Shown: positions 37,005 to 47,364 of the stretch, piece by piece
Position numbering within the stretch: the first letter of the stretch is position 1
Layout: the number at the start of each line of letters is the position of its first letter
Source of the DNA: an uncultured delta proteobacterium
Lineage (GTDB): Bacteria; Desulfobacterota; Desulfuromonadia; Geobacterales; DSM-12255
NCBI GenBank assembly: GCA_963787125.1
Contig: CAWBBV010000023.1
Location: forward strand, 128,001 to 192,000
Direction of reading: 5' to 3'
DNA length: 64,000 nucleotides
Made by a program: the position numbers and the translations under genes
The notes under the pieces: generated by a model
The model's input: the letters and a program-made list of their open reading frames with translations, nothing else
The model's database searches: none
What the model was told of the DNA's origin: nothing

Positions 37005-37078
37005 GTTTATGAATCACCTTGTCAGGCAAATTGTTTTGGATTAGTGCTTTGGAATAGACAGTCGGCAATCTGAGCCGT

Positions 37079-37579
37079 TTAAATTTGTTTTTGTTTTGCG
37101 GGTAAATTTACTTCTGATGAAAGTATCAGTTGAGGCGGAAGTCCTTCTGCACCAAGAATCTTTACCAACTCTTCCAATCCATCAGTTACTCTTGAAAGTC
37201 TTTCTTCTGAGAGCCCCTCAAGTCCTTTGACCAACAACCCCTGAGGAACCTCTGGAGCTGAGAACAAAAGCTCTTTCCCTTTATCGGACAATGATATCTC
37301 AACCACTCTTCTGTCTTCTTCAGAGCGATCACGTGTGACTAAACCTCTCTTAACCAGGCGATCAATCAAGCCGACTACTGTAGCTGGGTGTAGGTACATG
37401 CGTCGTGCAAGTTCGGAAGGATTTATCAATTGAGCTTCAGCTATAACCTTAATAGCCCAGAGCTGGGGCCCGGTAAGACCGGTAATTCTTTCAACGCTCT
37501 TGGAATGCTCGTTAACAACTTGGAAAAAGCGTCTTATATTGTCAATGATACTTGCTAACTGCTCAGGATTTGATGCCAT
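37079..37579 (-). CDS. MarR family transcriptional regulator
   Basis: GLTGPQLW, LHPATVVGLIDRLVKRGLV, DRRVV..LSDKG. Confidence 0.9.
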   Translation of the reverse strand: MASNPEQLASIIDNIRRFFQVVNEHSKSVERITGLTGPQLWAIKVIAEAQLINPSELARRMYLHPATVVGLIDRLVKRGLVTRDRSEEDRRVVEISLSDKGKELLFSAPEVPQGLLVKGLEGLSEERLSRVTDGLEELVKILGAEGLPPQLILSSEVNLPAKQKQI

Positions 37580-37978
37580 TAGAACTCCTGTATATTCTGA
37601 TATGGCTCAGATTAGCGGATGATTTCAAGCCTTTAATGGAGAACATTACCATAGAACCATTTAATGCCAAAATAGAAAGAAGTGGTCCAGCTTCGAAAGC
37701 TCAAAAAACAAACTACTGATTAATTCTCCTTTTGATTTTGAATGCGTAGCTTCACAAATAATTCCGATTGTTTGCAATGAATCAATAAAATCAACATTAT
37801 TGATTATTATAGTTGAATAATATGAGGCTGTTACCTGAAATTTATGACCATTAAAAAATGTGTTGCTCTATGAATCAAAAGTTGTTATATATTTAGTTAG
37901 GTAATGCAAACTATATTTATAGCAAAACAATGTTTATATGTTAAATATATGTCATCTAAAAGTAAAACGGAAACCGCT

Positions 37979-38293
37979 ATGAACAGGAAGCTAATTTTAA
38001 GTGCCATCTTCATAGCATCTTTTTTTCTTGTTTTTCTAGGTATGCGTAACCCGGACCTTTCCGGAGGCAGCGCGCCAAAACAGCGTCCACGGGCCGTAGT
38101 AGAAAACTCTACAAGCAAATCTGTGGATTTCGTTAAGCAGTTAAATTTTGATATCGCTTGTGCGCTACCGACCGCCGGAATAATTCCGAAACTGTGCGTC
38201 TTACCTTTAGAGGTTTCACCAAACGTTTTTAGCTACTCTTCCATTCCGCCTGCAGGCTTCACCGCCCGCGCCCCACCCGAATTTTATTCTTAA
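37979..38293 (+). CDS. Small membrane-anchored protein with C-terminal RAPP motif (candidate arrest/leader peptide)
   Basis: N-terminal hydrophobic helix; ends GFTARAPPEFYS. Confidence 0.6.
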   Translation: MNRKLILSAIFIASFFLVFLGMRNPDLSGGSAPKQRPRAVVENSTSKSVDFVKQLNFDIACALPTAGIIPKLCVLPLEVSPNVFSYSSIPPAGFTARAPPEFYS

Positions 38294-38401
38294 ATAAACC
38301 TGATTAACACATCCCTTCCAAAATATTTTTATTGAGTAACTCCTCGTTATCCTCAGTCACAATGGTTACGAGGCTAAACGGGAAGCAGATGAGGTCTCAT
38401 A

Positions 38402-39175
38402 ATGAAAAATGAAAATAGTGCAGATAACTCTGTGCGTTCGGTTGATAACGTCATTGATACCCTGGAATTGATTATTGCCTCAAATACAACACAGATTACG
38501 GCTACTCATCTCTGTGTATCATTGGGCGTCAGCAGAAACAGGGCATATCGCCTTCTAGCAACCCTTGAAAAACGAGGTATTGTCGAAAGAGACGCCCAAA
38601 GCGGTAATTACCAACTTGGAGTCAGCGCAGTAGGACTTTCTCAGAAAATACTTAATAGCACCAACCTCATAAAGCACTCTCATCCGGTCATTCAAGAATT
38701 GGCAAGGAAGCACGATGAAGCTGTCTACATGACAGTTCTTAAGGATGATGAAGTTTTATTTCTGGACATGGTCGACTGTGATCAAAGAGTCAAGGCGGAA
38801 ACATTCATCGGCAGAAGTTTCCCTTTTTTCAGTAATGCTGCGGGCAAAATGATCAAGGCCGTTGAGTCAAGAGAAGTTGAGAAAATATTTAGACAGCGAA
38901 AATGTAGAAAATCACCATGTGATTTGAATTTGCTGGAGTCAGAGTTGGACGCCATCAGGAAAAAAGGGGTTGCTGTTGATTTTAACGGCTTGGGTGATGG
39001 TGTTATCAGTGTGGCTGTAGCTGTCAAAGATTACGCCGGCAAGGTCGTCGGAGCTATAACAATGCTGGGCCCCTCATTCAGGATGCTATCTGAAAGGCTT
39101 GAAAACGAGATCATTCCTTCTCTAATTGAGGGAGCAGACATGCTTTCCTTGAAATTCGGTTACGCGAAGTATTAA
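38402..39175 (+). CDS. IclR family transcriptional regulator
   Basis: VRSVD..YRLLATLEKRG..YQLG HTH; AAGK, SVAVAV..GAITMLGP. Confidence 0.9.
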   Translation: MKNENSADNSVRSVDNVIDTLELIIASNTTQITATHLCVSLGVSRNRAYRLLATLEKRGIVERDAQSGNYQLGVSAVGLSQKILNSTNLIKHSHPVIQELARKHDEAVYMTVLKDDEVLFLDMVDCDQRVKAETFIGRSFPFFSNAAGKMIKAVESREVEKIFRQRKCRKSPCDLNLLESELDAIRKKGVAVDFNGLGDGVISVAVAVKDYAGKVVGAITMLGPSFRMLSERLENEIIPSLIEGADMLSLKFGYAKY

Positions 39176-39297
39176 CACTGAGCGGCGTATTAATGTGAGG
39201 TAACTAAATAAAGGAGGTTCATAAATCAGTATAATCCGAAGGTAGCGGGACGCCGTTACCCAGTGCTGTTAAAATCCAAATGAAAGGAGTACCAACC

Positions 39298-39609
39298 ATG
39301 GCAGAACAGCAGTATGACTGGAAAGCAATAGCCCAGAACCCAAAGTTTAAAGAGTTGCATCACAAGAAAAGCGCGTTTCTCTTCGGCTGGTGGATCTTCT
39401 CCACCGCCTATTACTTCCTCCTCCCTATCGGTGCAGCTTATGCTCCGGGTCTTTTCAAGATCAAGGTTATCAGCGTAATAAATTTTGGATACGTTTTTGC
39501 TCTTTCCCAGTTTTTTGTGTCCTGGGGACTTGCCGGTTACTATGCACACGTCGCTAACAAGGACTTTGACAGAATGACCAAGGCTCTGATTGACGAACTA
39601 CATCTTTAG
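39298..39609 (+). CDS. DUF485 (YjcH-like) inner membrane protein
   Basis: IAQNPKFKEL, two TM segments, ANKDFD; directly upstream of actP. Confidence 0.88.
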   Translation: MAEQQYDWKAIAQNPKFKELHHKKSAFLFGWWIFSTAYYFLLPIGAAYAPGLFKIKVISVINFGYVFALSQFFVSWGLAGYYAHVANKDFDRMTKALIDELHL

Positions 39610-39627
39610 AAAAGGAGGATAAGAGAC

Positions 39628-41601
39628 ATGACATTCAAGCAGATAATTATCGCCGCATCCCTGACACTTACCTTTGCCTCAGCCGCCTTTGCTGAAGAGC
39701 CCAAGAAGGAAATGACCGCTCCAGGAACAGCCCCAGCTGCCACAGCGCCAGCAATGGCGGCCCCCGGCGCACAGTCAGCAGCTCCCGTAGCAGCCCCTGC
39801 ACCAGCTGCTCCGGTCAAGAGAGAACTGAAGGCCAACAAGGCCATTACCCTGTCCATGTTTGCCGTCATCATCGGCATCACGATGGCTGTTGTTGTCAAG
39901 GCTGCCAGCAAAACCAAGACTGCCGCAGACTTTTACGCTGCCGGTGGCGGTATTACCGGCACCCAGAACGGCTGGGCGATTGCTGGCGACTATATGTCGG
40001 CCGCATCGTTCCTCGGAATTTCCGGCCTGATTTCGCTGTACGGGTATGACGGGTTCATGTACTCGGTCGGCTGGCTGGTTGCCTATATCACGGTTCTTCT
40101 GATTGTTGCCGAGCCGTGCCGTAATGCCGGCAAGTACACCCTCGGCGACATACTCTCCTTCCGTACCGACCCCAAGCCGGTTCGCGCGATTGCCGCGATT
40201 GCTACAGTTTCCGTATCGACTTTCTATCTCACTGCCCAGATGGTCGGTGCCGGTAAACTGATGGCTCTCCTTGTCGGCGTGCCGTACAAGGCAGCTATCA
40301 TCGGCGTAGGCATCCTCATGGTCGGCTATGTAGTTTTCGGTGGCATGACAGCAACTACCTGGGTGCAGATCATCAAGGCCGGCCTGCTCATGTCAGGTGC
40401 ATTACTCCTTTCCGTACTGGTGCTTATGAAGGCTAACTTCAATCCAATTCAGTTCTTTGAAATGATCGTTAATAGCCCTGACATCCAGGATCACGTTTCC
40501 AAACTGGTACTGAGAGACGGAATCGTCCTGTCAGGAACAGAAGCAGGTCAGCGCTTTCTTGAGCCGGGCCTGTTCCTCAAGAACCCGCTTGATCAGATAT
40601 CCCTCGGTATGGCTCTGGTCCTCGGTACCGCCGGTATGCCGCACATCCTTATGCGTTTCTTCACCGTGCCAACTGCTCAGGCCGCCCGTAAGTCTGTTAT
40701 CATCGCCATGTGGATAATCGGTGGTTTCTACGTTCTGACAACCCTCCTTGGATTCGGGGCAGCGATCAACCTAACTCCACAGGGGATTATTTCGGTTGAC
40801 CCTGGTGGTAACATGGCAACCCTGCTTCTTGCCCAGACTCTTGGTGCTGAAATTGCGCCGGTCATCGGCGACATCTTCCTTGCATTCCTTTGCTCGGTTG
40901 CCTTTGCTACCATCCTGGCGGTTGTTTCCGGTCTGGTTCTGGCATCTTCAGCGGCTATTGCTCATGATATCTATGTTAACGTCATCAAGGACGGTCATGC
41001 CGACCAGCACGAACAGGTAATGGCAGCTCGAATTACTTCACTTGTTGTCGGCGCTGTCGGCATTATGATTGGTATTCTTGCTGAAAAGGCTAACGTTGCC
41101 CACCTTGTTGCGCTTGCTTTCGCAGTTGCCTCCTCCGGTAACCTGCCGGTTGTTGTGCTTTCACTCTTTTGGCGCAAGATGAATACTGCCGGTGTCATTG
41201 GTGGTCTTGTCGTCGGCACCATAGCATCAATTGGCCTGGTTATGGTTTCGCCGAACATGACCTACCCGAAAGTGGTTGCCAAGGGTGCTGAGAAGGTTAT
41301 TGCTGCCATGGAGAAGAAGCAGGCTGCTCTTGCTCCTGGTGCGGTGCTTGACGCAAAAGACATCAAAGCCCTCGAAAAGGCTCAAAAAGACGTGCTTAAC
41401 AAAGACGGCAAGTCAATGATGGGTCTCAGTGAACCGATTATCAAACTGAAAAACCCTGGTATTTTCTCTATTCCTATCGGGTTTGCTGCTGCAATTTTCG
41501 GTGCGTTGCTCTTCCCGAGCAAACGTTCCGAGGATATGTTCGACGAAGTCTATGTCCGCCAGAACACCGGTCTTGGCATGGCTAAAGCGATCGATCACTA
41601 A
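39628..41601 (+). CDS. actP: Cation/acetate symporter (SSS family)
   Basis: QNGWAIAGDYMSAASFLG, GTAGMPHILMRFFTVP, AFATILAVVSGL. Confidence 0.92.
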   Translation: MTFKQIIIAASLTLTFASAAFAEEPKKEMTAPGTAPAATAPAMAAPGAQSAAPVAAPAPAAPVKRELKANKAITLSMFAVIIGITMAVVVKAASKTKTAADFYAAGGGITGTQNGWAIAGDYMSAASFLGISGLISLYGYDGFMYSVGWLVAYITVLLIVAEPCRNAGKYTLGDILSFRTDPKPVRAIAAIATVSVSTFYLTAQMVGAGKLMALLVGVPYKAAIIGVGILMVGYVVFGGMTATTWVQIIKAGLLMSGALLLSVLVLMKANFNPIQFFEMIVNSPDIQDHVSKLVLRDGIVLSGTEAGQRFLEPGLFLKNPLDQISLGMALVLGTAGMPHILMRFFTVPTAQAARKSVIIAMWIIGGFYVLTTLLGFGAAINLTPQGIISVDPGGNMATLLLAQTLGAEIAPVIGDIFLAFLCSVAFATILAVVSGLVLASSAAIAHDIYVNVIKDGHADQHEQVMAARITSLVVGAVGIMIGILAEKANVAHLVALAFAVASSGNLPVVVLSLFWRKMNTAGVIGGLVVGTIASIGLVMVSPNMTYPKVVAKGAEKVIAAMEKKQAALAPGAVLDAKDIKALEKAQKDVLNKDGKSMMGLSEPIIKLKNPGIFSIPIGFAAAIFGALLFPSKRSEDMFDEVYVRQNTGLGMAKAIDH

Positions 41602-41632
41602 AGTTCGCCGCGAGCGAATGTTATGATATGCA

Positions 41633-41661
41633 GGGAGGCGCTAAGAGCCTCCCTTTTTTTT
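41633..41661 (+). terminator. Rho-independent terminator of actP
   Basis: GGGAGGC-N7-GCCTCCC followed by a T run. Confidence 0.85.
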
Positions 41662-41733
41662 ATTTTTTAAATAGGGGATGTAAACCCTAACCAGCGAAAA
41701 TTTCAGAATGCTTGCAAGCCACCAGTCAATCTC

Positions 41734-41949
41734 CTACAAAATGCCGAACTCGACCGGGTTAGGGTTTACAACCCCAAGTAGCAACAAATTCATGTTGCCG
41801 TAAATTCCGACTGTGGTGAAAAGCAGAACAGATCTAATTCTTGGGATATGAGGAAAAAAAGAGAGTACATGAGCCTTGATCTGGAAAAGTGGTTTGCCGT
41901 CAATCAGAACCATTGCTTCAACCGGTAGTTTGGCAGCAGATTTTTTCAT
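41734..41949 (-). CDS. Small hypothetical ORF
   Basis: GGAG RBS and a divergent promoter-like region; no recognisable domain. Confidence 0.3.
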   Translation of the reverse strand: MKKSAAKLPVEAMVLIDGKPLFQIKAHVLSFFPHIPRIRSVLLFTTVGIYGNMNLLLLGVVNPNPVEFGIL

Positions 41950-42107
41950 GAGCGCTCCAGAAAATTCTTGACTTTATATTCTTGCAGTGCAAATAATTTG
42001 TTACACCAAATAATATTGCATTGTTGTATGCTAGTCAAGCACTGATACTTTTTTTGCGACATTGCACGTCAAACACAACAACAGGGGGAACTATGGCAGG
42101 GGGAATT

Positions 42108-42769
42108 ATGAAAAGGCGAACGTGGTTCTTAATGGTCTTGGGTAGTGTGCTTCTGTTTGCAAGTGGCTGTTCCAAGACAGCGAGTGTCAAAAATGACGAA
42201 GGGATTGTGCCTGTCGCGGCAAATGCAGGTAAGCAGTTGGTCAAGCCGGATGCTATCAAAGGACTATTTGCCGGGGGCGAAGCTGACAGAAATCGTTAGC
42301 TCAGGCTGATGCGGCCAAGCAGCAGGCGGCCAAACAGCAGGCGGCCAAAGAAGCTTTGGCAAAAGATGCCATGGCCAAGCAGGCAGCCAGGCAAATCGAA
42401 CTGGAGTCTATTGCAAACGCCGGAGAGCTGAAAATTATATTGGAAAATATCTATTTTGACTTTGACTCCCCAACGCTGTCTCGGGATGCCCGTAAAACTC
42501 TTGCAAATAATGCAGAGAGACTAAAAAAGGCCTCGAATGTCATGGTGAGAATTGAAGGCAATTGCGACGAGCGGGGCTCGGACGAATACAACCTTGCTCT
42601 GGGTGAACGGCGCGCCAAGTCGGCTTTACAGTACTTGGCAGCGCTGGGTGTTCCGGAAAAGCGCTTATCTGCTGTCAGCTATGGTAAGGAAAAACCTGTT
42701 GCCGTGATGCACGATGAAGCCTCATGGACCAAGAACCGCCGCGATGAATTTGTCATTACTAAGCAGTAG
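42108..42769 (+). pseudogene. pal: Pal/OmpA-family peptidoglycan-associated lipoprotein, frameshifted at ~42287-42296
   Basis: Lipobox ASGC in one frame; AAKQQ linker and IYFDFDS..EGNCDERGSDEYNLALGERRA..NRR in another. Confidence 0.8.
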
Positions 42770-42781
42770 TTTTGTTTCTAA

Positions 42782-42828
42782 CCGCCACCATTATTTGATG
42801 TACGCATTTAATGGTGGCGGAATTTTAT
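42782..42828 (+). terminator. Intrinsic terminator-like hairpin after pal
   Basis: CCGCCACCATTA...TAATGGTGGCGG followed by AATTTTATT. Confidence 0.6.
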
Positions 42829-42837
42829 TGGGGCACT

Positions 42838-44208
42838 GTGCGGAGAAAACTCGTAGAACAACTTACACTGCTGGCCAGTGTTATAAAATGGACTTGCTAC
42901 GCCTCTATTGTCGGTGCTCTAGTTGGCTGCGGCACAGCCGCATTCCTCCGGACGCTTGGCTGGGCATCTGCTCTGTTTGCAAGGTATCCGGATTATTATC
43001 TGTTTCTTCCAGTAACTCTTGTCGTCTGCAGTCTTTTGGTTTTATGGCTTGCTCCGGAAGCAGCGGGGCATGGAACCGAGAAAGTCATTGAGGCTGTCCA
43101 CAAGCGAATGGGCAAGATTCCTCTCATGGTAGTGCCGGTAAAGCTGGTGGCAACCGTCATTACTCTTGCGGGCGGCGGCTCTGCCGGCAAGGAGGGGCCC
43201 TGCGCTCAAATCGGCGCAGGGCTGGCCTCCTCGTTTGCCAGCCTGCTCAGACTGGAAGGGGTTGACCGGCGCAAGCTTGTTATCTGCGGGATCAGCGCCG
43301 GCTTTGCCACAGTGTTCGGAACTCCGATAGCTGGAGCTCTTTTCGGTGTTGAGGTGCTGGTACTGGGTCATATGTTTTATGACGTCCTGTTCCCTTCCTT
43401 CGTTGCCGGGATTATCGGTTTTCATGTGGCTACACAGCTCGGGGTTACATACCCCGGCCTGGCAACAAAGATATTGCCAGCAGTAAGCAGCTGGAGTTTT
43501 GTGGAGATGATCATGCTCGGGATATGGTGTGGCCTGATAGCATTGATATTTATTGAGCTGATGCATTTGAGCGAGCGGCTGTTCGCCAGGATTCCGTGGC
43601 CTGCATACGCCAAGGCACTTCTCGGCGGTGTGATGCTGGTAATTGTTGGCAGGGTGATTTCAACGCGCTATCTGGGGCTTGGCCTTGAGTCAATCGAAGC
43701 AGGGCTGAACGGAGAGGTATTGCCTGTTGGAGCAGCGCTGATAAAGTCCGTTACCACAGCCATAACCCTCGGTTGCGGCGGCAGCGGCGGAGTAGTGACC
43801 CCGATTTTCTTTATCGGTACCGCCGCTGGTAATCTGTTTGCGTACCTTTTTCATGAACCTTTGGTAGCAACTTTTTCTGCTATCGGCATGGTAGCGCTGC
43901 TGGCAGGCGCGGCAAACACACCGATTGCGGCGTCAGTTATGGCAATGGAACTTTTTGGCGCAGGTATCGCCCCTCACGCAGCCGTTGCCTGCATGGTCAG
44001 CTTTCTGATTGTCGGCTATCGCAGTATATATCCGAGCCAACTGTTGGGCATGCAGAAGAGTACTTCATTGAAAGTGAAAACCGGCAAACCGCTTTGCGAA
44101 TACGAACCTGCGGCAGTTAATCACCGGGGGACATCTCTCTATGGTGTCCTGGCGAAAGGGGTTAAGCGTGTGCGGAGAGTCAGGAAGGATTATTCTGGTG
44201 AAAGGTAA
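42838..44208 (+). CDS. ClC family chloride channel / Cl-H+ antiporter
   Basis: GHGTE, GKEGP, FGTPIAGALFGVE, GGVVTPIF; GTG start at 42838 preferred. Confidence 0.9.
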   Translation: MRRKLVEQLTLLASVIKWTCYASIVGALVGCGTAAFLRTLGWASALFARYPDYYLFLPVTLVVCSLLVLWLAPEAAGHGTEKVIEAVHKRMGKIPLMVVPVKLVATVITLAGGGSAGKEGPCAQIGAGLASSFASLLRLEGVDRRKLVICGISAGFATVFGTPIAGALFGVEVLVLGHMFYDVLFPSFVAGIIGFHVATQLGVTYPGLATKILPAVSSWSFVEMIMLGIWCGLIALIFIELMHLSERLFARIPWPAYAKALLGGVMLVIVGRVISTRYLGLGLESIEAGLNGEVLPVGAALIKSVTTAITLGCGGSGGVVTPIFFIGTAAGNLFAYLFHEPLVATFSAIGMVALLAGAANTPIAASVMAMELFGAGIAPHAAVACMVSFLIVGYRSIYPSQLLGMQKSTSLKVKTGKPLCEYEPAAVNHRGTSLYGVLAKGVKRVRRVRKDYSGER

Positions 44209-44355
44209 GAGCCGTCAGTTCCATTGTCAGCCCAAGATTCTCGTGCGCAAGATCTCGATACTGCTATTGGGACTTATGTTCAGCGCAGTGGTTTTAATCT
44301 AACTCTGAAACAGATATATTGTGTAACCTGTGACCAGTGGTAGCCTCGCTACAAC

Positions 44356-45342
44356 TCAGCTCTCTTCTTGCATTGCTGTTGCGAAAGCCCGCATGCTTTT
44401 GGCTTTTTTAAGCTCTTTTAGCATCTTTTCCAGCTCTGGATCAGCTACCTGGGAAACGATCGCCTTCAGTTTTCCCAGGACCTGCATGTCCCCGCAAAAC
44501 AGTTCTCTATAACGAACTATCATCTTCTGCAAATAGCTGCCGAGTTCAGCTCTGCGCTCTGAAGCCACAGGCGACGGTTTTGCCCGTTCTCGCAGGCGCT
44601 CAAACAGAAGCGGATCGGCAATTGCCCCCCGTCCCAGCATCAGTCCGGCAGCGCCGGTTTCCTGGAGCAGCCGCTGACCATCAGCAACAGTTCTGATATC
44701 GCCGTTGGCAATTACCGGGAGACATGTTTCCCGCACAACTCTGGTTGTCAGCATGTGGTCGGCACTTCCGCTGTACTCCTGTACGACGGTCCGCGGGTGG
44801 AGGATGAGAAAGTCGACTCCGGCCGATTCAAAGAGCGGCAAGAGCGTGAGAATCTGCTCAGGATCGTCATAGCCGGCGCGGATCTTGACAGAAAATGAGC
44901 CACGGACTGAATCTCTCAGCGGCCTGATAATTTCGGCAATACCTTCCGGCCGTTTCAGCATGCCGCCACCTGTCAGGCCGCTTGTCATCCGGCCATAGGG
45001 GCAGCCCATGTTCAGGTTGAGGTGTACTGCACCGGCTTTTTGAGCTTCCAGAGAGGCTGTTACCAGCGCTTCGCGGCCATGCCCCACCAGTTGGACGACA
45101 AGCGGCACACCCGCTTCCGCTGCGGCCATTTCCCGCAGGTCTGCTTTAGAGAGTTTCTTTACCTCTGCGGCCGCATTGACCCGCATGAATTCGGTAAAAA
45201 CAACATCAGGGCGGACTTTTTCGATGAAATAGGCGCGCAGGGCTCGATTGGTCAAGCCCTGCATTGGTGCCAGCATTAATGGGGGGGAGTCCTGTTGCCA
45301 GGGGAGTTTAACCGGCTTTTTCAGGGGGGGACTAGCCGACAA
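44356..45342 (-). CDS. tRNA-dihydrouridine synthase family protein (start uncertain)
   Basis: LAPMQG, NLNMGCP, VKIRAG, HPRT, NGDI, GRGA. Confidence 0.88.
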   Translation of the reverse strand: MSASPPLKKPVKLPWQQDSPPLMLAPMQGLTNRALRAYFIEKVRPDVVFTEFMRVNAAAEVKKLSKADLREMAAAEAGVPLVVQLVGHGREALVTASLEAQKAGAVHLNLNMGCPYGRMTSGLTGGGMLKRPEGIAEIIRPLRDSVRGSFSVKIRAGYDDPEQILTLLPLFESAGVDFLILHPRTVVQEYSGSADHMLTTRVVRETCLPVIANGDIRTVADGQRLLQETGAAGLMLGRGAIADPLLFERLRERAKPSPVASERRAELGSYLQKMIVRYRELFCGDMQVLGKLKAIVSQVADPELEKMLKELKKAKSMRAFATAMQEES

Positions 45343-45880
45343 GCTGCGACTTTGTGAAGATTGCTTTGAGCCAGTAACCTTCGGCTTCGATATTCTCCCG
45401 GCCCCCTTCTTCACGATCAACCAGGGAAACGATGCCAAGGACGTCAAGTCCTTCCTCTTTAGCCCGCTCGACAGCCTTCATTGATGAACCGCCGGTGGTG
45501 ACAACATCTTCAACAATGACAACTTTAGTCCCTGGGGGTAGATTTTTCCGCCCCTCCAGCCACTGACCGGTGCCGTGACCCTTCGGTTCTTTCCTGATAA
45601 TAAAGGCGTGCAGCGGCTGCCCGGCCAGATAGGCGGCGATGGATGTTGCTGTTGCTATCGGATCGGCGCCGAGGGTGATTCCGCCGACTGCCTGAACACC
45701 GGGGACATCCTTGACAGCTTCGTAAAAGAGTCTGCCGACCAGCAGCCCCCCCTCAGCATGGAGAGTCGTCTGTTTGCCGTCGAAATAGAAGTCGCTCTGC
45801 CGCCCCGAAGCAAGGGTCACCAGCCGTTTTTCGTAGGAGAGTTCCAGAATGATTTCTTTAAGTTTGTCGCGATCGGTCAT
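45332..45880 (-). CDS. pyrE: Orotate phosphoribosyltransferase
   Basis: [27 protein letters not shown]. Confidence 0.95.
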   Translation of the reverse strand: MTDRDKLKEIILELSYEKRLVTLASGRQSDFYFDGKQTTLHAEGGLLVGRLFYEAVKDVPGVQAVGGITLGADPIATATSIAAYLAGQPLHAFIIRKEPKGHGTGQWLEGRKNLPPGTKVVIVEDVVTTGGSSMKAVERAKEEGLDVLGIVSLVDREEGGRENIEAEGYWLKAIFTKSQLVG

Positions 45881-47295
45881 TTTACATACTCCTTGTCAAA
45901 TAGGTCCATCTGGGAGTCTCGCCCCATGTTTTGAAAGCTTATCGGATATTCGCCGGTAAAACAGGCGGAACAGGCGGTGCTGTTTTCAGCGCCGACCGAG
46001 TTTTTCAGCCCTTCCCGGGAAAGGTAACCGAGAGTGTCGGCGGTTATGTATTTCCTGATCTCATCAATGGTGTGGGAAGCGGAGATCAGCTCCTTGCGGT
46101 TGGGGGTGTCGATGCCGTAGTAACAGGGGTAGCTGGTTGGTGGCGATGATATCCGCATATGAATTTCACTGGCGCCGGCATTTCTGACCATCTTGACAAT
46201 TTTGCGTGAGGTTGTGCCCCGGACAATGGAGTCATCAATGATTACGACACGTTTCCCCTGAAGGATCTCCCTGACCGGATTCAGCTTTATCTTGACGCCA
46301 AAGTGGCGGATGGACTGCTGTGGTTCGATGAAGGTCCTGCCAACGTAATGGTTGCGGATCAGGCCGAGCTCGAACGGCAGGCCGGCCTCTTCCGCATACC
46401 CCATGGCAGCCGGAACGCCCGAATCTGGGACGGCAATAACAATGTCAGCTTCAACTCCGTGTTCCCGAGCCAGTTGTCGTCCCATCTCTTTTCTGACCAT
46501 GTAGACATTCTTGCCGAAAATTAACGAATCGGGGCGGGCAAAATAAACGAACTCGAAGATGCACGGTTTAGGGGTTACTTTTTTCCACGGGGAGCAGCTG
46601 GTTATGCCGTTTTTATCGATGATTATCATCTCGCCCGGCTCGATCTCCCGGATGAATTCTGCTTCTATCAGGTCCAGGGCGCAGCTCTCCGAGGCAACAA
46701 CATAGGAGCCCCCCTGTTTGCCGAGGCAAAGGGGACGGAAACCGTGAGGATCTCTGACCGCAATCATTCTGCTCTCTGTCAAAAAGAGAAGGCAGTAGGC
46801 GCCTTCAACCCGCTCCAGTGCCGAGGTTATCCTTTCGACCAGCGAGTCGTCCCGGGTCGTTGCCAGCAGATGAACGATAATCTCGGTGTCCATGGAGGTC
46901 TGGAAAATGGAACCGTAAGCTTCCAGTTCGGAGCGGATCAGCTGGGCATTGACGATGTTGCCGTTGTGCGCGACTGCAATCGAGCCTCTGGAGTACTCAA
47001 CCATTATCGGCTGGGTGTTTTTTATGTCCGAAGAGCCGGCAGTCGAATAGCGCACATGGCCGATAGCCGCATTGCCGGGGAGTTTGCTGAAGGTCTGCTG
47101 GTTGCCAAAGACATCAGCCACAAGGCCCATCGCCTTATGGGCATGGAGGTTACGACCGTCGGAAGAGACGATGCCGCACGCCTCCTGTCCCCGGTGTTGC
47201 AGGGCGTACAGGCCGAGATAGGTAAGGTTTGATGCTTCCGGATGGTTGAAAATTCCGAAAATGCCACACTCTTCTTCAGGACGGTTGAAATTCAT
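45877..47295 (-). CDS. purF: Amidophosphoribosyltransferase
   Basis: [29 protein letters not shown]. Confidence 0.97.
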   Translation of the reverse strand: MNFNRPEEECGIFGIFNHPEASNLTYLGLYALQHRGQEACGIVSSDGRNLHAHKAMGLVADVFGNQQTFSKLPGNAAIGHVRYSTAGSSDIKNTQPIMVEYSRGSIAVAHNGNIVNAQLIRSELEAYGSIFQTSMDTEIIVHLLATTRDDSLVERITSALERVEGAYCLLFLTESRMIAVRDPHGFRPLCLGKQGGSYVVASESCALDLIEAEFIREIEPGEMIIIDKNGITSCSPWKKVTPKPCIFEFVYFARPDSLIFGKNVYMVRKEMGRQLAREHGVEADIVIAVPDSGVPAAMGYAEEAGLPFELGLIRNHYVGRTFIEPQQSIRHFGVKIKLNPVREILQGKRVVIIDDSIVRGTTSRKIVKMVRNAGASEIHMRISSPPTSYPCYYGIDTPNRKELISASHTIDEIRKYITADTLGYLSREGLKNSVGAENSTACSACFTGEYPISFQNMGRDSQMDLFDKEYVK

Positions 47296-47364
47296 TTAAG
47301 CTCCATTTTGAGCCACGGATATATTGGATATCGCGGCAATCTGAAATGCTTGGGCTGATACTGA

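Noticed and set aside
42770..44208. Fluoride riboswitch / CLC-F exporter
   Set aside because: No crcB riboswitch consensus; the protein has GKEGP rather than the CLC-F GREGT; the hairpin fits a terminator
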